NCBI GenBank assembly: GCA_043228905.1
Contig: JBHGNT010000016.1
Span: 10,974,001 to 11,038,000, forward strand
Source of the DNA: Azolla caroliniana
Lineage: Eukaryota > Plantae > Polypodiophyta
Direction: 5' to 3'
DNA length: 64,000 nucleotides
The notes under the pieces were generated by a model that was given only the letters and a program-made list of their open reading frames with translations, had not been told where the DNA came from and ran no database searches. Position 1 is the first letter of the stretch. The number at the start of each line of letters is the position of its first letter. Of the stretch, positions 26,101 to 37,610 are shown in pieces. The translations under genes were made by a program, and so were the position numbers.

Positions 26101-27211
26101 CTTCCGGAACGTGTCGGACATCTTTCAACAGCAATTTGCATCCGGTTGGTGTTGTCAGCCACACGTCTCCTATGCCGACAATTTGGCATGTTCCTTCATT
26201 CCCCATCCGGACACAGCCGTGATCACCGGCTGAGTAGGATGAGAAGCATTTCCGGTCCGGGGTAAGGTGGAACGACGCTCCGGAGTCTACCACCCAGGTC
26301 ATCTCGTCGCCGGCGTGGTTTATCTCAGTCTCCTCGGTGATGAGCATCAACTCCTCTTCACTTGCCGCAATTGCCGTCGTTCCCTTTCGGTCCGGACCCC
26401 TCCGGTCTTTACCGTTCCGGTTCGGGGTTTGCTTCGAATCGGTACCGTCGATTTCCTTGTCTTTACGGAAATGCCGACAGTTCTTTTGGAAGTGTCCCGG
26501 CTTGCCGCAATAGAAGCAAGTCGGCCTCCCCCTTGACTTTGATCGTGTCCCCGACTTCTCCCGGTTCTGGGGACTATGGTTTCTTTGTCTTCCGCGTTCC
26601 GATTCGGTAAGGAGCTCTTTGGAGTCGGAGCTCGTATCTTTGTCTTTCCGACGAGCCTCCTCATCTAGCAAGCTCGACTTTACTCTTGCTAGGGATAGCT
26701 GTTTTCCTTCCGGCCCGGCGTTGCCCAAAGTAACAACCAACGTCTCCCAGCTATCCGGGAGGGAACCGAGCAGGAGTAGCGCTAGGACCTCATCGGCAAG
26801 AGGTACTTCCAATGACGTTGCCTGGTGAGTCAGCCCCTGGAAGGCATTCATATGCTCCGCCATGCTGGAGCCATCTTGGTACCGGAGTCTTACTAGCTTC
26901 CGTAATACCGACGCCTGATTGACAGCATTTTTGTTTTGGAACATTGTGCCGATCTTCTCCCAGAGCTCATGAGCCTTACTCTCTTCATTGAAGTTGTTGT
27001 ACAGGCTCATGTCGATGAAGCACCGTATGTACGCCGTTGTCTTCATGTGCATCACCTCCCATATCGTGGCGTCGATTTTGTCCGGTCTCTTGTCCCCGAA
27101 CTGAACCGGCAGCCAGAGATCTTTAACCACGAGCATGTCCCTCATCTTCGACTTCCACACTGAATAGTTGGAGCCGGTGAGCTTGAACATTCCGCCAAAC
27201 AATTCGTCCAT
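23160..27211 (-). CDS. gag-pol: Copia Gag-Pol polyprotein: 1254-aa ORF 23447-27211; RNase H tail shifted to another frame (to 23160) by a 5-bp duplication
   Basis: CFYCGKPGHFQKNC, WVVDSGASFH, LWHKRLCHMS, HTDVC / DNGGEY / ERMNRT, YVDD, FTDSD, TEAEY. Tail YCDSQSAIHL...SDMLTK lies in ORF 23160-23546. Confidence 0.95.
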
Positions 27212-27241
27212 GTTTTGTGTCGATTTTGCTCTGATACCACT

Positions 27242-27862
27242 TGTTGGGACTCAAGGTTCCTTATGTCCGACGCTCGGCCACAACCGAGATTCTTGACATA
27301 CACAGAAAAACAGGTAATGAAACGCGACACAAAAGAGAAGAAATGGTACACAGGAGGTATACATGGAAAACCCCAAAATAGGGGAAAAACCACGGCAGCC
27401 CACAAGCTGCAAACTGTCACTATGCAGAAATATACAACAGTGAGATCACTGAGGCAACGACCTCGTGCTCTCAGATCTTCGCCACAGGCGGCGGTTACAA
27501 CAGAGGCAACGACCTCGTCTCTCTCTCTCTCTCTCTCTGTACAGTTACGCGCGAAAGAATAACAACATAAAACAACAACTAAAAAAGTTTGCCCTAAGTC
27601 ATATTTATACTAATATGACTTTTCGGCTATTTACAAATGTAGCCTCGATGGGCTCCATCCGACTCTCTGCAGTCGGGTACTCCTCATCCGGTTCATACCG
27701 GGCCTACACCATCCGACTCTCCGAAGTCGGGTTCCCCTCATCCGGTTCATACCGGGCCTACACCATCCGACTCTCCGAAGTCGGGTTCTCCCCATCCGGT
27801 TCATACCGTTTCGTCGGCACTGTTCTTCTCCCTTCCCATCCGGAGGGACCTGTCTACCAACA
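27242..27862 (-). repeat. Internal LTR of Copia B, flanked by a PBS on one side and a PPT on the other
   Basis: PBS at 27228-27239; aactcccccttc immediately after 27862. Confidence 0.95.
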
Positions 27863-28389
27863 AACTCCCCCTTCACTCCGGCATGGGGTGTCTTTCCAGC
27901 CCGATCCTCTTCCGGCACGCGTCCAACTTGTCGGGTGTCAGCACTTTGGTCAGCATATCGGACCCGTTCTCGGCCGTGTGGATCTTCGTTAGTGCGAACT
28001 CCTGGTCATCTACCCTTTCCCGGATCCAGTGATACCTCCGCTGGATATGCTTTGTCCGGGAATGGTAGGCCACATTCTTAGCAAGGTGGATGGCACTTTG
28101 ACTGTCGCAGTAGAGTCGGTATTCCTCTTGCCGGATACTGAGCTCATACCGGGCCTACACCATCCGACTCTCCGAAGGCGGGTTCGCCCCATCCGGTTCA
28201 TACCGTTTCGGCCTCGGCCGAGTTTGTTCGTCGGCACTGTTCTTCTCCCTTCCCATCTGGAGGGACCTGTCTACCAACACCCCCTTCCTTCATAAATTAT
28301 ATTTGATATCCATATCAACCCCGTTGTAGAATTGATTCTTAGTTTATAAAAGAATCTATTATATTGTAATAAACTAATGTTTGGTTTCA

Positions 28390-29110
28390 CCTACGTGTCT
28401 TATATGTTATTGTCATTTCTGCTTATTTGTTTATGTGTCTTATGACAAGGGAGTGTTTCAGGCTTGCCCATGCACCTCTCCTTTCACAAAGGCATTCAAA
28501 CTTATGTATCTTATATGTTATTATCATTTGTGTTTTTTTGTTTATGTGTTTTGTGACAAGGGAGCGTTTTGGGCTTGCCCATGCACCTCTCCTTTCACAA
28601 AGGCATTTAAATTTACGTGTCTTATATGTTATTGTCATTTGTGCTTATTTGTTTGTGTTTCTTGTGACAAGGGAGCGTTTCGGGCTTGCCCATGCACCTC
28701 TCCTTTCACAAAGGCATTCGAAATTGTGTCTCCCGTGTGTAAACCTTGCTTGTGTGTCCGCGTGTCTTGTAACAAGGGAGCGTTCAGACTTGCCCATGCT
28801 CCTCTCTTTTCACAAAGGCATTCGAAACTTTGTCTCTCGTTTGTGTAAGCCTTTTCCTTGTGTGTCCATGTATAAGCCTTTCTCATGTGCATTCGTTCGC
28901 CTTGTGACTAGGGATTGATTCGGGCTTGCCCATGCTCCTCTCCTTTTCACAAACGTGTTCGAAACTTTGTCTCTCGTGTGTGTAAGTATGCCTTTTCCTT
29001 GTGTGTTTGTGTGTAAGCCTTTCTCACACGCATTCATTCACCTTGTGACTAGGGGTTGATTTGGGCTCGCCCATGCACCTCTCCTTTTCACAAACGCATT
29101 CGAATACTCG
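28390..29110. repeat. Tandem array of about 6 units of 105-141 bp
   Basis: Core gacaagggag...gggcttgcccatgcacctctcctttcacaaa at 28444, 28555, 28666, 28771, 28906 and 29047. Confidence 0.92.
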
Positions 29111-29221
29111 TGCCTTGTTTGTGTAAAACTTGTGTTGTGCGTGTGAGCCCTATTTCCTTCCTGTCCATAACCCCGACGGTTCCGCCTCATGATCCGCACA
29201 TAGTGACAGATTTTCACGACA

Positions 29222-32200
29222 CTAGCCTGATCTCCATTGACATGTTTGTTGAAGACAGGTACAAGAGGACATTGTGTGAGTCGTCATAGCATATTACGAG
29301 AGGAGGAAATCTCCAATTCAGCCATGGTGTAAAGGACAACAATTTGTACCCCTCACAATCATTAGTAGGGAGGGATAACTGAATATAGCTGAATTGCCAA
29401 TATTTTCACTATGGCATGGCTAACTTGGCCATATGTCAAAGCAGGGTTCGAAAGGCTTTCATTAATCGGCTACATCCCAAAGCTTCACCATGCGGAGACT
29501 AACTTCCGTGAGCATTGCCGATACAAGAAATCACTCTCTTCATTATGAGACGATACAACAACCCTTGTAGCTAATCCACTATGACATTTGTGGGCCAATG
29601 CCCAAAAGATTTCTGGGAGGCGCGGATACTTCATCACCTTTGTAGATGAATACACGCAAGGTATCAGCTTATTCAATTAAGTCCAAGGATGAAGCACTCG
29701 AAGTTTTCGATCGGTGGCTAACGGAAGTCGAAAACTGATTAGGCCATAAGGCGAAATCATTACGGTCAGACAATGGAGGAGAATACACCTCCAGAGCCTT
29801 TGAAAAGTACCTATCCGAAAAAGGGATCCGGCATCAACGGGCCATTCCTTATACCCCAACACAAAACGGTGTAGCCGAATGAATGAACTGAATAATCTAG
29901 GAACGAGTGATAGCAATGCTCTAGCAATCAGGTCTCAAGTTGGAATTTTGGGCCAAAGCATTGTAGACGACAATTTACTTGATAAATCTATTGCCATCGA
30001 AATCAATCAAGCTTCAAGTGCCACAAGCATTATGGTCGAGCCAACAACCGAGCCACGATTGACTTCCCATATTCAAGAACCGAATGAATCTTGCTCCACG
30101 TTCGAGAAAATGTATCTTTCTAGGATCCGGAATGGAGGAGAATTTTGGCTATCGGCTATAAGACCCAGAGAATAGGATGTTGATCCTTAGCAATGACGTA
30201 GTCTTCAATGAAGACTCATTTAGCTCAGTCCAAACAAAGCCCCGAACCGGCAAGAGAGTTAGTTTTGACTACTCCAACTAATTTTGAGTATACAATGCGG
30301 AATGTTGAACCCAAAGAGGCGAGCGAGTCGACTAGCCAATTCGAAAGAATACTCATAGAGAAAATTCTAAGTAACTTTCCGATCGACTGATTTGAACCGG
30401 CATCGGCACAATCAAACTTGCCGAACACACTTGGGGTAGGGGTAGATACGACACGAACACAAGCCAATTGCCATAACGGATCTGCATCTAGAACTCCATT
30501 GAGCAAGGTCTAAACAATGTCGGTCGAACACCCGCATTGGTCGAAGAATCCGACCCAATTAACTCGGCACCGCGGAGATTAGCAGGAGTCCTAAGGTCGA
30601 CAAAGTTTTATCAACCGGGCCTGGACTATGGCAATTATATGGAACAGGAGAACCGAGCTAATACAAAGAAGCCATTATTGTGTCGAATGCTGACATATAG
30701 CAAAATGCCATGTTATTTGAAATGACCTCAATCAACCAAAAAGACACATGGGAGTTGGTTGAATTGCCAGTCGGCAAGAAGTCGTTGCCTTGCAAATGGG
30801 TATACAAATACAAATATATATCTAGTTTGGATCAACCCAAATACAAAGCTTGACTCATCGCAAAGGGATTTAAACAAGAACATGGAGTCAACTACGACAG
30901 GATCTTCTCTCCTGTAGTCAAGATGGTGACCTTGTTGAGAAATCGATGCGGAATTAATCACAATAATCGAACTACGCGCTGAAATACGATTCACAGAAAG
31001 ACAAGATAAAGAATTGTGCACAGAGATTTATGTGGAAACCCTAAAACGGGAAAACCATGGGTGAACAGAATCTTCACTATACAAAGTGGATATACAACAC
31101 CGAGAGGAATACAACACTATGTTGAGTGTATCAGCTGCACAGGGCTCTTCGCGTATGCTGTTACACACAAATATGGCGTGGCTCACACTTCTCTCTCTCT
31201 CACTCTCTCTCATTCTACAACTACAGTTCTTACATTGTTCCACACATAACATGTTTGCCCTAGTTGCATATATACTTACACAACTTTCTGGTTATTTACA
31301 TACGTAGCCCTCATGGGGCGCACTCTTAGACTATTTATAATTATAGTCTCCCGAGTTGGCTATTTACAGTTATAGTCCCTCATCAACTTGGCTCCTCTCT
31401 CTCCCCATCGGAAGAGACCTGTTTCCTAACATCATCATTATTATTATTACTATAATAATAATAGTCGAATCTTCAAACAATCGACTCACTATTTTCAACC
31501 CTTCGACTGCCGGCTTTCCAAACAGTCGGATCTTCCCAGTCATTGACTGTTGGTTTTCCGATCAGTCAGTTTTTCCTCCCACTGGAGGGACATCCTGTAT
31601 TTTGTCGACTGACTCTAAGTCTGTCCATAGGTAGGTTCTTCGTCAGCATGTCAGATCCATTGTCGTCGGTATAAATCTTCACAAGGGAAAACTCTCCTTC
31701 TTCAACTCTCTCCTGCAACCAGTGATACCTTCTCTGTATGTGCTTGGTCCGGGAGTGGTATGCTGTGTTCTTGGCTAGGTGTATGGCACTTTGGCTATCA
31801 CAATGAAGCAAGAACTCCTTTTGCTTCATGCCTAGTTTGGTGAGAAAATTTCTCATCCAAATCAGCTCTTTTCCGGCCTCTACCACTGCCATATACTCTG
31901 CCTCTGTAGTCGACAAGGCTACAGACTTCTGCAGTCGTGACTGCCACGACACTGCTCCCCCTGCATAGGTTATCACGTACCTTGACATGGATCGGCTCGA
32001 GTCGACATCTCTTGACATGTCTGAATTGGTAAAACCCTCTAGCACAGGTTTTCCAACACCATACCTTAGGCACACCTTCGAGGTGCCTTTCAAGTATTGG
32101 AGTATCCACTTCACCACTGCCCAGTGTTCTCTCCCTGGATTACTCATATATCGGCTTACGGCTCCCACATCAAATGCTATGTCCGGTCTCGTATAAACCA

Positions 32201-35200
32201 TAGCATACATTAGACTGCCGATGGCTGAGGCATATGGTACCTTCTTCATCTCAGCCTTTTCCTTCTGCCCTTTCGGACACTGCTTCGCATTTAATTTGCA
32301 GTTTGTTGGTAACACAGAGCCGACCGGCTTTGCATCTGACATGTTGAACCTCTCTAGGATCTTCGTCACATACTTTTGTTGTGACAACCATAGCACCTTC
32401 CGAGCTCTGTCTCGGGTTATGTGCATTCCTAGGATTTGCTTTGCTGGTCCAAGGTCTTTCATAGCAAATGATTTGCCGAGAGCTTTCTTCAAGCTTCCAA
32501 TCTTCCTTGTGTCTTGACCAACTATCAACATATCATCAACATATAGCAAGAGAATTAAGAAATCTCCTTCTTCATACCTTTTGACGAACACATAGTGATC
32601 GACCTGTGTTTTCTTGAACTGATGTTCCATCATGAAGGACTCGAATTTCTTGTACCATTGGTGTGGAGCTTGTTTCAGACCGTACAAGCTTTTCCTCAAG
32701 TCGACACACTAGATTCTCTTTCGCTTTCTCCTCAAAGCCTTTGGGTTGATGCATGTAGATCTCTTCGTCTAACGCCCCGGGAAAAAATGCGGTTTTGACA
32801 TCCAACTATTCAATCTCTAGGTCCATGTTGGCCGCTATGCTTAGAACAGTTTGTATGGATGTCATCTTTACGACTGGTGCGAATATGTCGTCAAAGTCGA
32901 CGCCCTTCCTCTGTTGGAAACCCTTTACCACTATGTGGGCTTTATACCTGGGCTCGTTGTCGACTTCTCCAATCTTCACCTTGTAGACCCATTTATTCCT
33001 GAGTGCTCTCTTACCTTTCGACAGCTCTACTAGGTCGTAGGTGTAATTCGCGTGCAAGGATTCCATCTCCTCTTGCATCGCGTTCAGCCATTTTCCTCTA
33101 CTCTCATCGGCAATGGCTTCTTCATAGCACTCCAGTTCACCATCATCAGTCAAGAGGACGTATTGACTGGCATATCTAGTCGATGCCTTCCTTTCTCTGA
33201 GTGGGTACCTTTGTCCTCTCATTGTTGGCTCTATTCCGGATGTCTCTGCCAACTCTTCTCTTTGCTCGAGATTTGGTTCATCAATCGGCATCTCCAGGTT
33301 GGACAACTCCAACTCATATTCCTCAATTGATATTAGCAGGTTTGTCGACTTTGATTCATAGTCTGTCGGTCTTTCCAAGTCGACCGATTCGGATTCGTCT
33401 CTGTCGGCTAGCTGTCTCCTTACAACTGTCGGTGTCGACACATTTGGCCTTAAGTCGATGTAGTCGAGGTTGACTGGGGAGTTGGTTCCGACTTCTGTTG
33501 CTTCTAGTCTTCAATTGTCTTGTCTTCTAGAATGACTACATCCCGACTTCTCACTACCTTCTTGTCGACTAGGTCCCATAGCCTGTAGCCGAATTCATCT
33601 TCCGAGTATCCCATGAATATGCATGCTTTCGACTTGTTGTCGAGCTTTGACCTTTGATCCTTTGGTACATGCATATACGCCAAACATCCAAACACCCTCA
33701 GGTGTTGGTAGGAGACATCTTTCCCTGTCCACACCCTTTGTGGGACATCACCTTTTAATGGCACTGAGGGAGACTTGTTGATCAGATAAATAGCTATGTA
33801 CATCGCCTCAACCCAATAGGATTTCGGCAGTTTTGCATGGGAGAGAGCATGCTCCTTACTCTCTCCATGATCGTTCGATTCATCCTCTCTGTAAGCCCGT
33901 TCAACTTTGGGGTCTTTAGCACTGTGTATTCGATTCGAATACCTTGGCACTTGCAGTATTCCTCAAACTGCCCTTTGTACTTGCCACCATTGTCGGTTCG
34001 GACAACCTTAAGTTTCCAACCCGACTCTTGTTCGGTTCTTGCTTGGAACTCCTTGAAAACCGACAGTACTTGATCCTTCGAGTTCAGTACGAAGGCCCAT
34101 GTCTTCCGACTATAATCGTCAATGAACGTTACAAAGTAATGTCCTCCTCGATGGGATGGAGCATCCACATAGCACACATCCGTGTGCACTAGTTCCAATA
34201 CAACTTCTCTTCTCCTTGGTGGTCTTGTGTGGAATGCCACCCTGTTCTGCTTTCCGGCTAAGCAGTCGACACACTTCTCCAGGTGCACTCCCTTGACACT
34301 CATGTGGCCTAGCCTCTTATGCCATATCTCCCTTGCTGAGTCGGCTGCCACGTTTACTTCCGATTTGCACAGTTGGGCATGCATCATGTACAATGTGCCT
34401 TCTTTTTGTGCTTGGGTCACTATGAGATTTCCTCGGTAGAACTTCCACTTGCCATTCCGAAAGCTACCACTGTAGCCTTTGTCATCAAGCCTTCCAATTG
34501 ATATCAGATTCAATCTGATGTCAGGGACGTGTCGAACATCCTTCAACGTCAGTCAACACCCTGTCGACATCGTTAAGCATACACTTTCGACTCCGGTTAT
34601 CTTGCACTCTCCACTATCACCCATCTTTACATAGCCATGATCCCCAACTATGTAAGTCAAAAAGTACTCTCTTGACGGAGTAATGTGAAAGGATGCGCCG
34701 GAGTCGATCACCCAAGTGCAATCTTCACTCGCAAGATTTGCACTCATCTGTTCACAAATGAATAGGAGTTCTTCATTGCTCGTAGCAATGGCCGAAGTGT
34801 TCTTTTCATCCGGAATCTTCCGGGGTTCAACATTATTTCCAACACTCTTGTCTTTTCTCATGTGTCAGTAGTCCTTTTGGAAGTGTCCAGGTTTTCCGCA
34901 ATAAAAGCACACAAGCTTACCTTTGGACTTTGATCTGGCGTGGGATTTGTTTGTTCGCTGCGTACTTCTTCTTCGCCGGTCCCTTCCTCTGTCCATATGT
35001 TAAGTCAGACTCGACTCCGTTTGGGACAGAACTCCTTTATCTGTCCTCCTTGCCTCCTCGTTTAGGATGCTTGTCTTCACCGTCTATAAAGACAAGTTCT
35101 CTTCTTGATAGGAGGTGCTAAGAGTAACCGCCAGGTTCTCCCAGCTTTCCGGCATTGTGCACATCAGTAGGATGGCCTGCATCACATCATCCAGGGGAAA

Positions 35201-36515
35201 CTTGCTCGCAACAAGTTGATTTACATACCCCATAAACGTGCTAATGTGTTCAACGATGCTCTCATCGTTCTTGTATTTCAGTCGTACGATCTTTCTCATC
35301 AACGAGGTTCCATTGAGCGCGTTCTTCCTCTCATAAAGAGCCGACAACTTCTACCATATCTCATGGGCATTCGTGTCGTTCGCCATATGCTGAAGGACAC
35401 TTACATCGACACATTGTCGGATTGTGGCCACCGCCTTCCTATTCAGAAGCTTCCAGTCTGACTCCAATACCCCCCTGGGTATTTCTGCTCTATCGACTGG
35501 CTCGTACAGGTCTTTAACTATGAGAAGGTCTTCCATCTTTATCTTCTAGTCTGCATAGTTCTGTGAGTTCAGAACTATCATACTTGGGAAACCGCTAACA
35601 CCTCCTTCCATGCTTGCACCTTAAGCTCTGATACCAGTTTGTTGAGAAATCGATGCGGAATTAATCACAATAATCGAACTACCCACTGAAATACGATTCA
35701 CTGAAATGCCAGAAAGATAAGATAAACAATGGTGCACAGAGATTTATGTGGAAACCCTAAAACGGGGAAAACCACGGGTGAACAGAATCTTCACTATACA
35801 AAGTGGATATACAACACCGAGAGGAATACAACACTCTGTCGAGTGTATCAGCCGCACATGGCTCTTCGTGTCTGTTGTTACTCACACAGCTATGGTGCAG
35901 CTCACACACACACACCCTCTCTCTCTCGCTCTCTTGCACACTACAACTTCCGTTCTCTACTCTGTTCGTCACTCACAATATGTTTGCCCTAGTTGCATAT
36001 ATACTTACGCAACTTTCTAGTTATTTACATACGTAGCCCTCATGGGGCGCACACTTAGACTATTTACAAATATAGTCTCCCAAGTCCCTCATCAACTCAG
36101 CTCCTCTCTCTCCCCATCGGGAGAGACCTGTTTCCTAACATCATCATCATTATTATTACTATAATAATAATAGTCAACTCACTATTTTCGACTCTTTGAC
36201 TGTCGGCTTTCCGAACAGTTGGATCTTCCCTGTCATCGATTGTCGGCTTTTTGATAAGTCAGTCTTCCTCCCACTGGAGGGACATATTCCCAACAGACCC
36301 TTCGACTCCTACTAGGACCGAAGATCTAGAACTTGAGCAATTTGACGTCAAGATGGCTTTCCTACATGGAGGTATGGAAGAAGAAATTTATGTGTCTCAA
36401 CTAGCAGGCTTCATGGCGACGGGGGAGGAAGGTCACCTCGTATGCTGACTAAAGAAAAGCCTTTACAGCTTGAAGCAAGTGTCGAGGATGTGGTACAAGA
36501 TGTTTGACTCCAACA
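29222..36515 (+). mobile_element. Old, heavily decayed Copia pol remnant (29222-30932 and 36296-36515), host of element C
   Basis: Plus-strand motifs YFITFVDEY, RSDNGGEY, PYTPTQNGVAE, FSPVVKMVT | LRLLL..LEQFDVKMAFLHG, KKSLYSLKQ. Confidence 0.85.
30933..36295 (-). mobile_element. Tork-like Copia element C, full length but decayed
   Basis: LTRs 30933-31593 (inner end deleted) and 35640-36295. TSD gacct/gaccc. PBS-Met 35625-35636. gag, PR (VIDSGASFH), INT and RT/RH (31566-32699) with frameshifts. Confidence 0.94.
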
Positions 36516-36519
36516 TCCT

Positions 36520-37160
36520 ATTCCTACTCTCTAGAGAACACAGATAGATACTCAATCACTGATTACCCCTTCCCCAAAGGATCATGGTGGGAGGTATGGA
36601 TCTAGCAGACCGCAACTTGATAACTATCCAGATCGGCTATGGTTAAACCGGCTACTAACAATAATGGATTCGGCTATAGCCGAATCGGTTAACAATTAAT
36701 ACAATAATTAAGGAACAAATTAACATTGATGCACAAAGACATGGTATACCCAAAATCTCTCTATATTAAGTACTTGTACACAATATACAACCCCTCAATT
36801 CAAAGCACATGCCCCCTTTTTATAGGTGAAGCATGTATGGTTACAATGCTGTTTTGGCATATCCCTTTGGATCAGATATCATATCATCATACATCATGGC
36901 TACTCAAATCTAAACTTTATTACATTGTTTCATATCTAATAATATTCGGCTACAAAATATTCGGCAATTATACTATATTTGGCTTCCGACTTCACACTAC
37001 TTCTGGCTACACATTTTGACTTCAACTTTCACACTCCAACCACCTTTCTACTCTTACCACTTATTTGGCCTTCAACCATTTCAACTACCAATCCTTGTGG
37101 GTAACATATCCGGCAACTTGGATACAACCGGTCCAACTCGGATCCATGCATGTACATTCA
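36520..37160 (-). repeat. Possible LTR fragment of an unidentified family
   Basis: Non-coding; minus-strand TATA-like cctataaaaaggggg near 36812-36826; interrupts the Copia RT remnant abruptly. No partner copy seen and boundaries are uncertain. Confidence 0.3.
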
Positions 37161-37610
37161 GGAATTACCCGCCAAGTCTAGTATATATTTGATCCTATAT
37201 GTCAACGACATGCCCATCATAGAAAATGATAGAACCGAAATCGAAAGTTAGAAAAATTAAAAATTTACAGAGTCCAAACTATAGTTAGAACTTACAAGGC
37301 CGAAGTAGAGAGTGGATTGTTCACTGGGCCTTTAATGTTGAATGTCAATTGTCAACACATATCATCTTGTATATGACTCATTCTCACAAAGGGGATTATA
37401 CTATCCTCAATGATCACATACTTCATAGAATGAAAAACACCATAGTGTTACCATAGTTATCGGATCTCAAATCACATCTCATATGTCTAGAGGGGTAAAC
37501 ACGTGAGATGCTTTCTTGGTAAAGTTCTTACAATCAAAATTTCTTGCATTAATTTTGCTTGTGTATTTTCTGAACCTCCTTATTTATATTGCATACCCAC
37601 AACTTGCATC

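Larger units (their letters stand above)
22511..28279 (-). mobile_element. Young Tnt1/Tork-like Copia element B with a 3-LTR composite structure
   Basis: TSD ccccc at 22506-22510 and 28280-28284. LTRs 22511-23149 and 27242-27862 (about 6 substitutions plus small indels by eye). PBS-Met 27228-27239, PPT 23150-23161. Extra PPT + RNase H tail 27863-28145 and partial LTR to 28279. Confidence 0.96.

Noticed and set aside
23607-27163. Many 60-150 aa antisense or alternate-frame ORFs over gag-pol
   Set aside because: Shadow ORFs expected from GC-rich coding sequence; no independent motifs.
28390-29110. CRISPR-like repeat/spacer appearance
   Set aside because: Linkers are homologous to each other rather than unique, units exceed 100 bp, there are no cas genes, and the context is eukaryotic TE DNA.
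36667-36686. Perfect 20-bp palindrome gattcggctatagccgaatc
   Set aside because: Isolated, inside a probable LTR fragment rich in ttcggcta motifs; no evidence of function.
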